A stretch of DNA of 57,107 nucleotides from IMG/VR virus record IMGVR_UViG_3300021407_000002, positions 1 to 57,107 of that record; one strand, written 5' to 3'. This DNA comes from a virus. Lineage: Duplodnaviria > Caudoviricetes. The notes under the pieces are model-generated. The model made no database searches. It was given only the letters and a program-made list of their open reading frames with translations, and was not told the DNA's origin. The position numbers and the translations under genes are program-made. Shown here one piece after another: positions 19,032 to 28,158 of the stretch. Each line of letters starts with the position of its first letter. The stretch's first letter is position 1.

Positions 19032-20475
19032 GGATCACCGTTCTTTGCGTGCGCCGCTCAGGGCTGGGAAGCAGCCGCCGCGGTGGAGCATCGCGGAATA
19101 CCTCACCCATCAGGGCATCGCGGAGCACGTCGGGCGACAGTGCTGGTGCCGGCAGTGCAAGCTGTGCTGGTGGTGCTTCCAGCGCGGCGGTCGGCGTCGC
19201 TGGTGGGTTCGGTCCGCCGGTCGGCGGCTGGCTGGTCAGGTCGGCACGCTTGGCCAGCACTTCGACCGGAACCATCTGCTGCTGCATAAAAATCTGGTCG
19301 CCGCCTGGCAGGGGATTGAGACCCTCGACCGAGCGCGCTTCATTCGGCGTCCGCAGTCCGCCCTGGACCGATCGCGCCAATGCTTCCACCCGCGCTTGCA
19401 TCTCGGTGCGGAACAAATAATCCGTATCGAATTCGAGCCACTCACGGCGGCCGTCCATATCGAAGAACTGGGTAAACTTGTCCTCGATCGCGCTCATGTG
19501 CGCAACGAGACAGCCGGAATAATAGATCCGGGTGAGCTGCTCGGACGAGTTGTATGATACCTTGGTCAGATCGCCGAGCATGAAAATCGGGAGGCGATAC
19601 ACCCGCGCAACGTCCTCGACGGTGTAGCGAAGCTGCTCGATAAGCTGGGCATCGACGGCGGTCAGGGCCAGCGATTTCCATTCCAGGCCCTGTTCCAGCA
19701 CTGCCACTTCACCGGCATTGCCTGGCCCCTTATAAACCGCGCTCCAACGGTCCTTGATTGCCTGCGCCCGCTCAGGGTCCAGCTTGCTTGCGGTTTGCAG
19801 CACGCCAGACGGCCGCGCCATGTGGTTAAAGAAGCGTTCCGATTGCGTCAGGATAGCCATACCGGCCGAGGTTGACAGCGCCGCCGCCATCAGCGGGGTG
19901 ATGCCGATCAGGGGGTCGGCCAGGGTCAGCATGCGGTGGTGCAAGCACTCCCGCGTTGTGAGCATGCGTTGCACGTCAATGTCGGCCAGCTTATTCGGGG
20001 CGACCGAATAGAACACTTCATTGCCGGAACGGTAGGGCCACACGCCATCGGGGAATAGGACGTGTAACTCGTCAATCTCATAGCGCCGGTTGCGCATCGC
20101 ATAGAGATAGCCGTTGCCGCGATATAACTGCGATGCAACGAACTGCTTCATCATATCGAAACGGGTTTGATACCCGTTCGGCTTGTCCAGCACGCGCAGC
20201 GGGGCAGATACCTCGACCTCGACCTTGTCGCCATCGACCATGCGATAATGCCGGATCGGCAAGCGGGCGATGTCACTGCTGATCGTATCGATCGAGGTAT
20301 AGACCGCCGGGAAGGTGAGCAGGGGCGGCATGGTGTTCGGCGACGGGTAGCCGCTTTGAAACCACGTATGACCCCATTGGTTCGGTGGCGTGGTCGGCCA
20401 CCAGGCGGTGCGCGTTACCCATTGACCGAGGCGGGAGAGCGCGCTGCGCCAGATGCTAGTGCGCCCTACTGCCAT
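19006..20475 (-). CDS. Portal protein, HK97 family
   Basis: AVYTSIDTISSDIARLP, GNGY, GITPL, VARVYRLP, TPNEARSVEGLNPLPGGD. Confidence 0.95.
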   Translation of the reverse strand: MAVGRTSIWRSALSRLGQWVTRTAWWPTTPPNQWGHTWFQSGYPSPNTMPPLLTFPAVYTSIDTISSDIARLPIRHYRMVDGDKVEVEVSAPLRVLDKPNGYQTRFDMMKQFVASQLYRGNGYLYAMRNRRYEIDELHVLFPDGVWPYRSGNEVFYSVAPNKLADIDVQRMLTTRECLHHRMLTLADPLIGITPLMAAALSTSAGMAILTQSERFFNHMARPSGVLQTASKLDPERAQAIKDRWSAVYKGPGNAGEVAVLEQGLEWKSLALTAVDAQLIEQLRYTVEDVARVYRLPIFMLGDLTKVSYNSSEQLTRIYYSGCLVAHMSAIEDKFTQFFDMDGRREWLEFDTDYLFRTEMQARVEALARSVQGGLRTPNEARSVEGLNPLPGGDQIFMQQQMVPVEVLAKRADLTSQPPTGGPNPPATPTAALEAPPAQLALPAPALSPDVLRDALMGEVFRDAPPRRLLPSPERRTQRTVIHGRRSRAA

Positions 20476-20778
20476 TTATCGACGGCCCCTCGGACGATGC
20501 GTCAGATGGGCATTCGGCGCGTCTTGCGTGGTCATCGGCGGAACAGGCGATGACTCCGGTGCATCGGCAGGCAGCTCCGGTGCAACGGGCGGCTCGGGAT
20601 TGTCACCTGCCACGACCACGTGGCCGAACCATTGCGCGATCCTGATTTCCTCGCGCTCGGCATCGGTCTCGGGTGTGACGATGTCGCCTGGTGCGGCCAC
20701 GCCGCCGCCATACTTGAACGCAGTTTTGACCAGAAAAGAAAGGGGGGCGGTTTCCCGCCCCTCAGTTGTTTCGCTCAT
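20476..20778 (-). CDS. Hypothetical head-associated protein
   Basis: Packed between capsid and portal genes. Confidence 0.6.
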   Translation of the reverse strand: MSETTEGRETAPLSFLVKTAFKYGGGVAAPGDIVTPETDAEREEIRIAQWFGHVVVAGDNPEPPVAPELPADAPESSPVPPMTTQDAPNAHLTHRPRGRR

Positions 20779-20781
20779 GGC

Positions 20782-22257
20782 TCAGGGTCCTGTTGGTGGA
20801 GCACCGTCATTCGCCAGCGCCCAGACAATGGCGACATCGTGACGCCGTGCCCAGGAATGCGACATCCGCAGCCGCATGAACACCATGTCATTCTGGAACG
20901 CCGAATAGATGCCGGAATTCGGCGCGGGCGGGCTTGGTGCACCCGGTGGCGTAGCCGGCGCGTCGTCAAGTTGCACGCTGGCTTCTTGCGATGCATCAAT
21001 CACTGGTGCCATATCGTCGGCCCAGATTATTTGCGAGGCATCGACCAGCGCGTAGGCAGTCATCGTCCCGGTGCCAGGTGGGAACGGGATCGGGATCGCG
21101 GTCGTATCTATGATCGGATAACCGAGCAGGGTGCCTGCATCAATCTCCGCTTTGAAGGCGAAGATTTCCTGCACGGTGCGCAACAGCCGCAGGTATTCTT
21201 TCGTCCGCGCGTTCATTATCCACACGGGCGCATTCATCGGCACGTTGTTACGGCGCAGCTCCCACAACATCGCCCGCAATGCCAGGGTGACCGCCGTCAC
21301 GTCAGCTCCACCTGGCCCGATGGGTGCTGGTATCGCGCCCTCCGGTAGTGGCAGCAGTCCTTGCAGGATGCCCGCAGGGTTGGCAGCAGCGGCGATGGTG
21401 GAGAAGAAAACGCTATCGACCGTCCGCGCGGTCCCTTCGAGCATGTCATCACGGATCAGCATCTCGGTCGGTGGATCCGATCGCCGCAACAGTTCCTGGG
21501 TTTGTGGAACGATCACGGCGAGCTTGCTCGGGACCAACGTCATCCGGTCAAAGATCAGGCGATTGACGCGGATCGACGAGCCTTCCCCAACATATCCACC
21601 GGCCACGCCGCCGGTCTGTTTGGGAATAAGCAACGACCCAGCGTTGTTAAAGCTGAGCCGCCGCATTGATGGCATCCGCCCAACGATGAGCATCGGGCGC
21701 AGCATCTCGATAAACTCGCTGGCCAGATATTCAAAGCGGGTTATGAGGCCGCCGCCAAGGTTGGGAGGGTCGTTGGTTCCCATCGGCGGCACTGGCGTGC
21801 GAAACTGCATTGCGACACTGCGTTGGATGATCTCGGTTAGCTCGTCATCCCCCCATCGCATGCGGGAATACTCAGCAGCGTTCCAGACGCCGGCCACCGA
21901 AATCGCGATGGCCATCCTGGTAAAGTCGGCCCCCTTGAACCGATCGCGCCGCTCCATCTGCACGACCGGGTTGCTGCGCTGCGTCGCGAGCACCATTGCC
22001 GTGCCGGGCCGATTGCCTGGCACATTGCCAGCAGTCGGAACAGCGGCGCGCGCGAGAGCGGTCTCCGCATCAGTCAAGTGACGCAATTGGACGTCGATGC
22101 CGTCCAGCCGTGAACGTGCCTCGCCGATCGTCGCGGTCTCAGTGTCATTCAGGTCGCGGTTGTCGTCGAGGGCAGGCTGTAGCGCAGTCTCGTAAGCGCG
22201 GACCATCTGCCCACGCTCGGTTTGCAACGCGGCGATGCGTTGCGACAAGGTCGTCAT
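20782..22257 (-). CDS. Major capsid protein, HK97 fold
   Basis: N-terminal delta domain, PKQTGG..YVGEG, KLAVIVP.TQELLR, AFQNDMVFMR. Confidence 0.95.
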   Translation of the reverse strand: MTTLSQRIAALQTERGQMVRAYETALQPALDDNRDLNDTETATIGEARSRLDGIDVQLRHLTDAETALARAAVPTAGNVPGNRPGTAMVLATQRSNPVVQMERRDRFKGADFTRMAIAISVAGVWNAAEYSRMRWGDDELTEIIQRSVAMQFRTPVPPMGTNDPPNLGGGLITRFEYLASEFIEMLRPMLIVGRMPSMRRLSFNNAGSLLIPKQTGGVAGGYVGEGSSIRVNRLIFDRMTLVPSKLAVIVPQTQELLRRSDPPTEMLIRDDMLEGTARTVDSVFFSTIAAAANPAGILQGLLPLPEGAIPAPIGPGGADVTAVTLALRAMLWELRRNNVPMNAPVWIMNARTKEYLRLLRTVQEIFAFKAEIDAGTLLGYPIIDTTAIPIPFPPGTGTMTAYALVDASQIIWADDMAPVIDASQEASVQLDDAPATPPGAPSPPAPNSGIYSAFQNDMVFMRLRMSHSWARRHDVAIVWALANDGAPPTGP

Positions 22258-22269
22258 GGTGTTGTGCCT

Positions 22270-22947
22270 TTACGGCCGACCCGAAACACCGGGCAGTGAA
22301 AGCGACTTGAACCGCGCTAGGTCAGCAAGCGCCCGGTCACGCACCGCAAACGTGCCCACAGGCTTCGGGGCAAGGTGCTGATCGGGATTAGCGCGGAACA
22401 CTCCATCAGCGAATAGCCGCCGAAGGAATCTCGGTGAGCTGTCGATTGACTTGGCCAGGCCAAGCGCGTCCGGGTTGGCCGGCACGGTGCAGAGTGACAG
22501 CTCAATCAGTTGATTACGAAGGAAGCGGTAACCGTCCCAGCGGCCCCGGTCGTCAAGCCGGTCCTCCATCTCGATCGGCACGAAGCCCACCGAGACGGCG
22601 CGGATCAGCCGCAGGTTGACGGCGCGGGCCAGCTTGTCGACGAACTCATCATGCCCCTCGGGTGCGAACTCCACCCGCGCAACGGTCTCGCTGCGGTCGC
22701 GGTCAGGTTCGAACTCCCGCACCCAGCCGATCGGCATTCCCCAGGAATTGTGCGACCACAGAAACACCGGGTTGCGCCAGAAGTCCGCCAGGTCCCATTC
22801 CTGTTCGATGATGTCGCCGTAACGATCGATCCGGTTGGTCGAGGCGACGAAGCTGGCCATGCGGTTAGCATCGAGCGGCCCGATTTCAGCTTGCTTGACC
22901 TGGTGGCCAGGGCCGAGCGCGCCGACACGATCGGATAGCGTGCTCAT
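22270..22947 (-). CDS. Prohead protease (HK97 type)
   Basis: IDRYGDII, NPVFLWSH, AVSVGF, ELSLCTVPANPDA. Confidence 0.95.
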   Translation of the reverse strand: MSTLSDRVGALGPGHQVKQAEIGPLDANRMASFVASTNRIDRYGDIIEQEWDLADFWRNPVFLWSHNSWGMPIGWVREFEPDRDRSETVARVEFAPEGHDEFVDKLARAVNLRLIRAVSVGFVPIEMEDRLDDRGRWDGYRFLRNQLIELSLCTVPANPDALGLAKSIDSSPRFLRRLFADGVFRANPDQHLAPKPVGTFAVRDRALADLARFKSLSLPGVSGRP

Positions 22948-23438
22948 GGTGACAGCAACACGTCGGACGTGTCCTCGACCTCGACCACCAGATCGCCCTC
23001 GTCGTCCTCCGTAACTGCAACGATCGTCTCGCCTTCCTCGGCGGTGATGGTCACTTGGTCCTCGTCACCCTCGACCAGCAACCTGGCATCGAGCGCGCTT
23101 TCGATCGTGGCGTCGTAGGGTTCCATATCCGGAGTCACGTCCTCATTGTCGACGAAATCCTCGTCTTCCTCTTCCGTGGTGATCGACGGGCTTTCCGGCT
23201 CGAACTCGGGAGTCACGTCCTCCCGCGTCACAGGGCTTGCCTGGGCTTGTGCAAGGATCCGGTCGGCCAGCCATAGCGCGGCACTGCCACGCCCCTGGTG
23301 CATCGTCCCAGGCGATCCAGGGGTGGCAGCTCCACCAGCCTGCATAACCGGGGGGTCGGAATGCACATCCGGTGCCCCGGCGCGCGTATTGTAGACCTGG
23401 CCACTGCGATGGCCGGGGGTCATTGACGGCGATGCCAT
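22944..23438 (-). CDS. Highly acidic hypothetical protein
   Basis: AAGGA upstream; D/E-rich C-terminal half; ATGA overlap with protease. Confidence 0.7.
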   Translation of the reverse strand: MASPSMTPGHRSGQVYNTRAGAPDVHSDPPVMQAGGAATPGSPGTMHQGRGSAALWLADRILAQAQASPVTREDVTPEFEPESPSITTEEEDEDFVDNEDVTPDMEPYDATIESALDARLLVEGDEDQVTITAEEGETIVAVTEDDEGDLVVEVEDTSDVLLSP

Positions 23439-23463
23439 GGGGGTTTCCTTTCCTGGCTGGTGG

Positions 23464-25197
23464 TCATGCGGCGGCTAACGCTCGTCGGGCGTGCAGGTAG
23501 CCGACACGATGCCGGGGCAACCAGCTCGGCCAACAGACCTCGCAAACTGCCTTGCTGCTTGCTCGTTCAATCACCGCAGCGCAGCCGCAGCACATCGACC
23601 CGCGCAACATCAGATCACAGCCGCCACCGGGATCAGGGCGTTCGCGTTGCCAGCTCCCCGCTAATGTCCAACCGCACAACCAGTTGGGTTCGATGACGGC
23701 GCGGAAACCAGCATCACGAAGCTGTCCAATGATTCGTTCTGCCTCAGCTTTCCAGTCCCGGCCGGCGACCTTGTGAAAGTCGATGATGACGGCCCGCAGG
23801 TTCGGCTGGACGATGGGCAAGTCATACTCGCCGCCCTCGATGTCAATCTTGACAATCGTGGCGCCGGCGACTGCCTGTTCGTAGCTCATTGCAGCAACGC
23901 GGGTGCCAGTTTTGGCCGATGACGGTTGGGTGCTGTTCGTTACGCCGATGCCATGCGACACGAAAAAATTGACCTCGCCGACATGAGCTGCGGGCACGAC
24001 CGCAGCGCGGCGCAATTCCAGGTTCGGCAGTTTGGTCAGCGACAGCACCTGGTGCGAGAACGGCGTCGGCTCATAGGCCACGACGCGCTGCACCGGAAAG
24101 CGCGCGCAGCGGATGGCATAGGTCCCAACATAGGCACCGATATCCGCCACGACATCGGAATGCCGGAGACTGATTGAGTTGCATTCGCGCATCGTGGTGA
24201 TGAACGGTTTGCGAACGCCGTCCGAGATCACGTTGTGTCCACCAGGAACATTGCCGCCTTGCATATGCCGAAAGGATAGCTCCACCAGTCCACCACGTGC
24301 TGCCGCCTTGGGTTGCCGGCGAGCAGCTTTTGACGGGTGATGAGGCACGACCTTCATACCGAAGTTGTCGACCCCGGACGACACCACCAGGTCGTCGCGG
24401 CGCACGAGCTGGTTGGTCTTGAACTGTGAATAGTCGACATAGTGATGGTGCCGACCATACCGCCATGCCAGTCGGGCGACATCAGGATGCAGCGCGACCA
24501 GCATCCGCGACTTCGCCGCCGTGCCATGGGCATACAGTTCGGTCGTATTACCGCCAGGCACGAGCTGGGTTGCAATTTTCTTTTGCAGGAAGGCGTTAAA
24601 CAGCACAGTGCACAGGCCAGCTTTCAGCATCCGCAGGGATAGGTCAGCGTCTTCGTTATAGCGGCCGCGCCACCGAAACGGCAGGTCGGTCCGAATGAGG
24701 TTGCAGGAAAAGATCCGGGTATTGAGCACGAACGGCCCGTTTCTATACCGACGAGGCACGAAGGACTCATAGTGTGGTCCCGCCATCGCGACGTTGGTGT
24801 AGCGTTGTGCAAAATCCTCCATACAGCGGAATATCGTTCCGTCCCCGACAGGTATCTTGGCATTCTCGTGCAGTCGATAGAATTCCCGAATATTATCGTC
24901 GATCACCCAATGCCACGCCGCACCGGCTGCAACGGCTTGTGCCCAGGCGAAGTTGCGGGCAGGTCCCGACCCTTTTGATTTGGTGTCGCCATGATCGTCG
25001 CACGGGTCGTAGTCACGCTGAAACTGCTTGTCGAGCACCAGGATACGCGAACGATCGATCACTGCCGCATACTTCGTATATTCCTGTTCCTCAACAATGA
25101 CGTGATAGGGCACGCCGATGCGCTCGAAGACGCGCATGGTGATCCTGGTCTCGTATCGACCCTTGGACGGGATGTAAATCGGGAATTCAGGGTTCAT
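23464..25197 (-). CDS. TET-associated (GREB1-like) glycosyltransferase fused to FkbM-type methyltransferase
   Basis: N-half PIYIPSKGR, GPARNF, WVIDDNI, WRGRYNEDADLSL, GGNT; C-half VADIGAYVG, AYEP, VKIDIEGGEY. Confidence 0.8.
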   Translation of the reverse strand: MNPEFPIYIPSKGRYETRITMRVFERIGVPYHVIVEEQEYTKYAAVIDRSRILVLDKQFQRDYDPCDDHGDTKSKGSGPARNFAWAQAVAAGAAWHWVIDDNIREFYRLHENAKIPVGDGTIFRCMEDFAQRYTNVAMAGPHYESFVPRRYRNGPFVLNTRIFSCNLIRTDLPFRWRGRYNEDADLSLRMLKAGLCTVLFNAFLQKKIATQLVPGGNTTELYAHGTAAKSRMLVALHPDVARLAWRYGRHHHYVDYSQFKTNQLVRRDDLVVSSGVDNFGMKVVPHHPSKAARRQPKAAARGGLVELSFRHMQGGNVPGGHNVISDGVRKPFITTMRECNSISLRHSDVVADIGAYVGTYAIRCARFPVQRVVAYEPTPFSHQVLSLTKLPNLELRRAAVVPAAHVGEVNFFVSHGIGVTNSTQPSSAKTGTRVAAMSYEQAVAGATIVKIDIEGGEYDLPIVQPNLRAVIIDFHKVAGRDWKAEAERIIGQLRDAGFRAVIEPNWLCGWTLAGSWQRERPDPGGGCDLMLRGSMCCGCAAVIERASSKAVCEVCWPSWLPRHRVGYLHARRALAAA

Positions 25198-25879
25198 CGA
25201 CGTAACGCTTATCCGCGAAACGTTCTCGCTCGGCCTCGGGATACCAGATATATTTTGCCTTCTCGCTGATCACCTGCTCGATGAGCTGGGCGAAGGCATC
25301 AACCGCCGCCTGGTCCTTGAAGTGCACTGCGATCGAGCGGAATGGTCGGTCGTCCGGCTGGTCGTATGCTGGCATGCCGTCCCACTCACCGTCCGGGTCG
25401 GATACGCCGAGCTTAAACAGCGGTTCCAGTTCGAAGTCGGCGAACCCGGTCAGCGACAGGTCGACGCCCATGTCGCGCAGGTCCATCATTTCAAGTTTAA
25501 GCGTCCCGGCATCCCAGTCGGCGTTCAGCGCCAGCTTGTTATCTGCCAGCGTGTAAAGCCGCCGCTGCGTGTCCGACCAGCCGCGCGCAACCATTACAGG
25601 AACGGTCTCGATTGCCAGTTGATGCGCCGCCAGCACGCGACCATGCCCGGCGATGATCGTTCCCGCCTCGTCCACCAGCACCGGCATCGTCCAGCCCCAT
25701 TGCCGGATCGAGGCAGCGATCTGCGCGACCTGGGCGTCCGAGTGCGTCCGCGCATTGTTGGCATAGGGAATTAACTTTGCGATCGGCCAACGCTCGACCG
25801 CATCGGCTGGCCAGAGCGGCCCGCCAGTCGGTGCTTTTTCCGAACGACCGCCGCTTTTGGGCTTGATATTAGGGGTCAT
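25187..25879 (-). CDS. ParB/Srx N-terminal domain protein associated with the glycosyltransferase
   Basis: LIPYANNARTHSDAQVAQIAASIRQWGW..IIAGHGR..ADNKL; C-terminal EWDGMPAY..VHF..IWYP; start uncertain. Confidence 0.85.
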   Translation of the reverse strand: MTPNIKPKSGGRSEKAPTGGPLWPADAVERWPIAKLIPYANNARTHSDAQVAQIAASIRQWGWTMPVLVDEAGTIIAGHGRVLAAHQLAIETVPVMVARGWSDTQRRLYTLADNKLALNADWDAGTLKLEMMDLRDMGVDLSLTGFADFELEPLFKLGVSDPDGEWDGMPAYDQPDDRPFRSIAVHFKDQAAVDAFAQLIEQVISEKAKYIWYPEAERERFADKRYVDEP

Positions 25880-25891
25880 GGTGACTATATT
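25863..25891 (+). promoter_or_regulatory. Sigma70-like promoter
   Basis: TTGATA-N17-TATATT, 50 nt upstream of the 25941 ATG. Confidence 0.7.
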
Positions 25892-25940
25892 TTGGGTGCG
25901 GACAATCATGCCCGCAACCGAAACGAGATGGAGACCACCA

Positions 25941-26390
25941 ATGACCAAGACCGAAACCAAAGTCCTGACCGGCGCACGTGGCCGGGTTGCTGCTGCCAAG
26001 GCCAAGGCCAAGGCTGCTGCCGACCATGCTTTTGCTTTGGCAGTGACTGAGAACGTCGCGCAGCAGAGGGCGGCCAAGGCTGCTGCTAAGCCTGCTGCCA
26101 ACGGGGTCAAGACCCCTCGCCCTGGCACGTTCGTGGCCAAAATGGTCGAGCTGCTGGTGCGCAAGCAGGGTGCTACCAGGCCCGAAATGAAGGAAGGTTG
26201 CGGGTCCAAGACAATGCCGAGCGCCAATGGCCTTGACCCCTTGGCCGCGAAATTCGGCTACGTGTGCTTCGCTGCCAACGCGGCTCGGACGCCCCTGCTG
26301 GTCTACCAGTTCGTAAAGCCTGGCCAGAAGCCCACTGCCTTCGATGCAGTCGAGTGGACCTCGGATGAGACCGCGAAGGTGGGCGCGTAG
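25941..26390 (+). CDS. Basic Ala/Lys-rich protein with DUF3489-like segment
   Basis: GGAGA upstream; RPGTFVAKMVELLVRKQGATRPEM. Confidence 0.65.
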   Translation: MTKTETKVLTGARGRVAAAKAKAKAAADHAFALAVTENVAQQRAAKAAAKPAANGVKTPRPGTFVAKMVELLVRKQGATRPEMKEGCGSKTMPSANGLDPLAAKFGYVCFAANAARTPLLVYQFVKPGQKPTAFDAVEWTSDETAKVGA

Positions 26391-26429
26391 GCGCCCCCCG
26401 ACGTGACCCCAGCAGAAGGAAACCAGCCA

Positions 26430-26612
26430 ATGAAACTGACCCTCGCCTTCGTGCGCACTGAGCTGCGCCAGCTCAAGTTGGTCATCACCCACGTGGACGA
26501 CGAATACCGGGTGAATTTCAGGAACGGCCGCGAGGCCACCGCCTACTACACCAACGATCTGCAAGATGCCCTGGACACGGGCCAGGCCATGGCCAAGACG
26601 TTCTGCCCCTGA
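26430..26612 (+). CDS. Small hypothetical protein
   Basis: AAGGA upstream; 60 aa. Confidence 0.65.
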   Translation: MKLTLAFVRTELRQLKLVITHVDDEYRVNFRNGREATAYYTNDLQDALDTGQAMAKTFCP

Positions 26613-26694
26613 CCACCCACACCACCCACCCTCGCGGCGGCGGTTCACAGCTCCACCTGTGCACCGCCGCCGCATCGCTTTATCGTGGGTCATC

Positions 26695-26976
26695 ATGTCC
26701 ACGGAACCGATTCGCACTGCTGCTGATTTCCGCGCGGCCCTCGATCGGCTCGGCCTGACGCAATCCTCACTTGCCCGCCTGTTGCAGGTGCTCGGCCACC
26801 CTGCCGAAATCGCGGTATCGCGGCGCCGCATCCAGCGATGGGTCGCCGGCGACGCGCCGATCTCGGGCGAGATGATTGCCCTGGTTACCCTGCTCGAACT
26901 GGTGCCCAGCACCGCGCGCCGCCTCATCGCCCTGCCGGCCCTGCATCCCCGTCCTGGTCGCCCCCCGGTCGGCTGA
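26695..26976 (+). CDS. XRE-type HTH protein
   Basis: FRAALDRLGLTQSSLARLL..RRIQRWVAGDAPI. Confidence 0.7.
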   Translation: MSTEPIRTAADFRAALDRLGLTQSSLARLLQVLGHPAEIAVSRRRIQRWVAGDAPISGEMIALVTLLELVPSTARRLIALPALHPRPGRPPVG

Positions 26977-27373
26977 CGGTCGGCCACCAGGCCGGCGCGG
27001 TCATGCCCAGCTCGAACATGCTTGCAGAAAGCGCCCGGCGAATCGTCGTGGCGATGCGGTTCTGCAGCGACAGCGGGCAGTAACCCACGACCTGCGGCGG
27101 ATCCCCCGCCAGAGCGACCAGGGGATCGCCTGTGCGGATCACCGCGGTTCGGGCTGGCAACCCTACCTCGCGGCTTTCAGCCGGGCTGAGCTGCACGTGT
27201 GAGCGATGCCTCGGGCCCGTCTGCGGCATCACGGGAATCCCCAGCAGTGCCCCGCTGGGTCGGCGTTCCCAGATGATCAGCGAGCAGTCTGCCTGGTGCA
27301 CAACGGCGCCACGCAACACGGGTGGTGTCAGCGATTCCTCGGTGAAAAAGACAAGCCCGGCCGGAATGCGCAC
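26924..27373 (-). CDS. Hypothetical protein, possibly degenerate PemK/MazF fold
   Basis: RGAVV..GIPV..HVQL..GLP..VIR..VG..RIATTIRRAL spacing resembles MazF; weak. Confidence 0.35.
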   Translation of the reverse strand: MRIPAGLVFFTEESLTPPVLRGAVVHQADCSLIIWERRPSGALLGIPVMPQTGPRHRSHVQLSPAESREVGLPARTAVIRTGDPLVALAGDPPQVVGYCPLSLQNRIATTIRRALSASMFELGMTAPAWWPTVSRPGGDQDGDAGPAGR

Positions 27374-27518
27374 CGGCCGGGCAAGAGTTGGTTATCAGGT
27401 AACCGCATGGCCCAGAGGCGGTCGCGGGTGGGTTAGCCGCTCGCACCGCTGGCGACACTGCAAAAAAAGATACGCCCACCTCGGCACGAGACGCAATCCA
27501 GTTTCCGCAGTCTCGTTT

Positions 27519-27534
27519 TGTTCCACGTGAAACG
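27519..27534. promoter_or_regulatory. parS-like centromere site
   Basis: TGTTCCACGTGAAACG vs consensus TGTTNCACGTGAAACA (one mismatch), intergenic. Confidence 0.7.
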
Positions 27535-27708
27535 GCTCACGGATCGATCCGGGGCGAGCATGTCAAGCCCTGTGCCGCCAGCAACGCCAGCAACGCCAGA
27601 AACCCCGTCAGGGCCGCCAGGAAGGCCCTGGCCAGGTTCCAGGGCATGCCCTAGCGGCCAGGACGCCCAGGGCCGCCAGGCGACGGAATTTAGGCCCTCC
27701 CGTGGCGA

Positions 27709-28158
27709 TCAGCGCATGGCGCCCAGTCGGCGAAGCGCGTTGATGGTCCACCGCCTGGCAGTGGTGTCCGCCACCTGGTGCTGCCGCCCAGTCAGTGCCC
27801 AGGACTGGTCAAGCACCACGCACTGCTCAAGCAGGCGGAATTCGAACCTGCCCAGCTCGTCGGCGATCCGGCGCAATCTGGTCGCTGCACCCAGCCGGTC
27901 GATCGCCCCTCCATCGCGCCCAGCTCCACCAGCTCCGCGCAGGGTCATCAGGCTCGGCGCACGCTGCCCGATGGCCGCGTCCCAGTCGCGCCGAAACTTC
28001 TGCGCGGCCTCATAGTCCCACGGCTCGATGGCACCCTCCACGACGAGCGCGTCCAGCCTGGTGGCCACCCGCCAGCCTTGCCGGAAGGCCCGCGCGTCGA
28101 CCTGGGGTGCTGCAACGTCGTGGTGCTGGCGGTATGCCTCGGACGGCCCGGTGCTCAT
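27709..28158 (-). CDS. Putative late-gene regulator (DUF6456 / Q-like, C-terminal HTH)
   Basis: LDALVVEGAI..EAAQKFRRDW..LLEQCVVLDQSW..ALRRL; last gene of replication operon. Confidence 0.65.
   Translation of the reverse strand: MSTGPSEAYRQHHDVAAPQVDARAFRQGWRVATRLDALVVEGAIEPWDYEAAQKFRRDWDAAIGQRAPSLMTLRGAGGAGRDGGAIDRLGAATRLRRIADELGRFEFRLLEQCVVLDQSWALTGRQHQVADTTARRWTINALRRLGAMR

Noticed and set aside
25869-26987. 372-aa minus-strand ORF and the long N-terminal extension of the ParB ORF to 26227
   Set aside because: Shadow of three plus-strand genes that have RBSs and a promoter.
27575-27700. Mini CRISPR array
   Set aside because: Repeats are only 5-9 bp with no regular spacers, and no cas genes are present.
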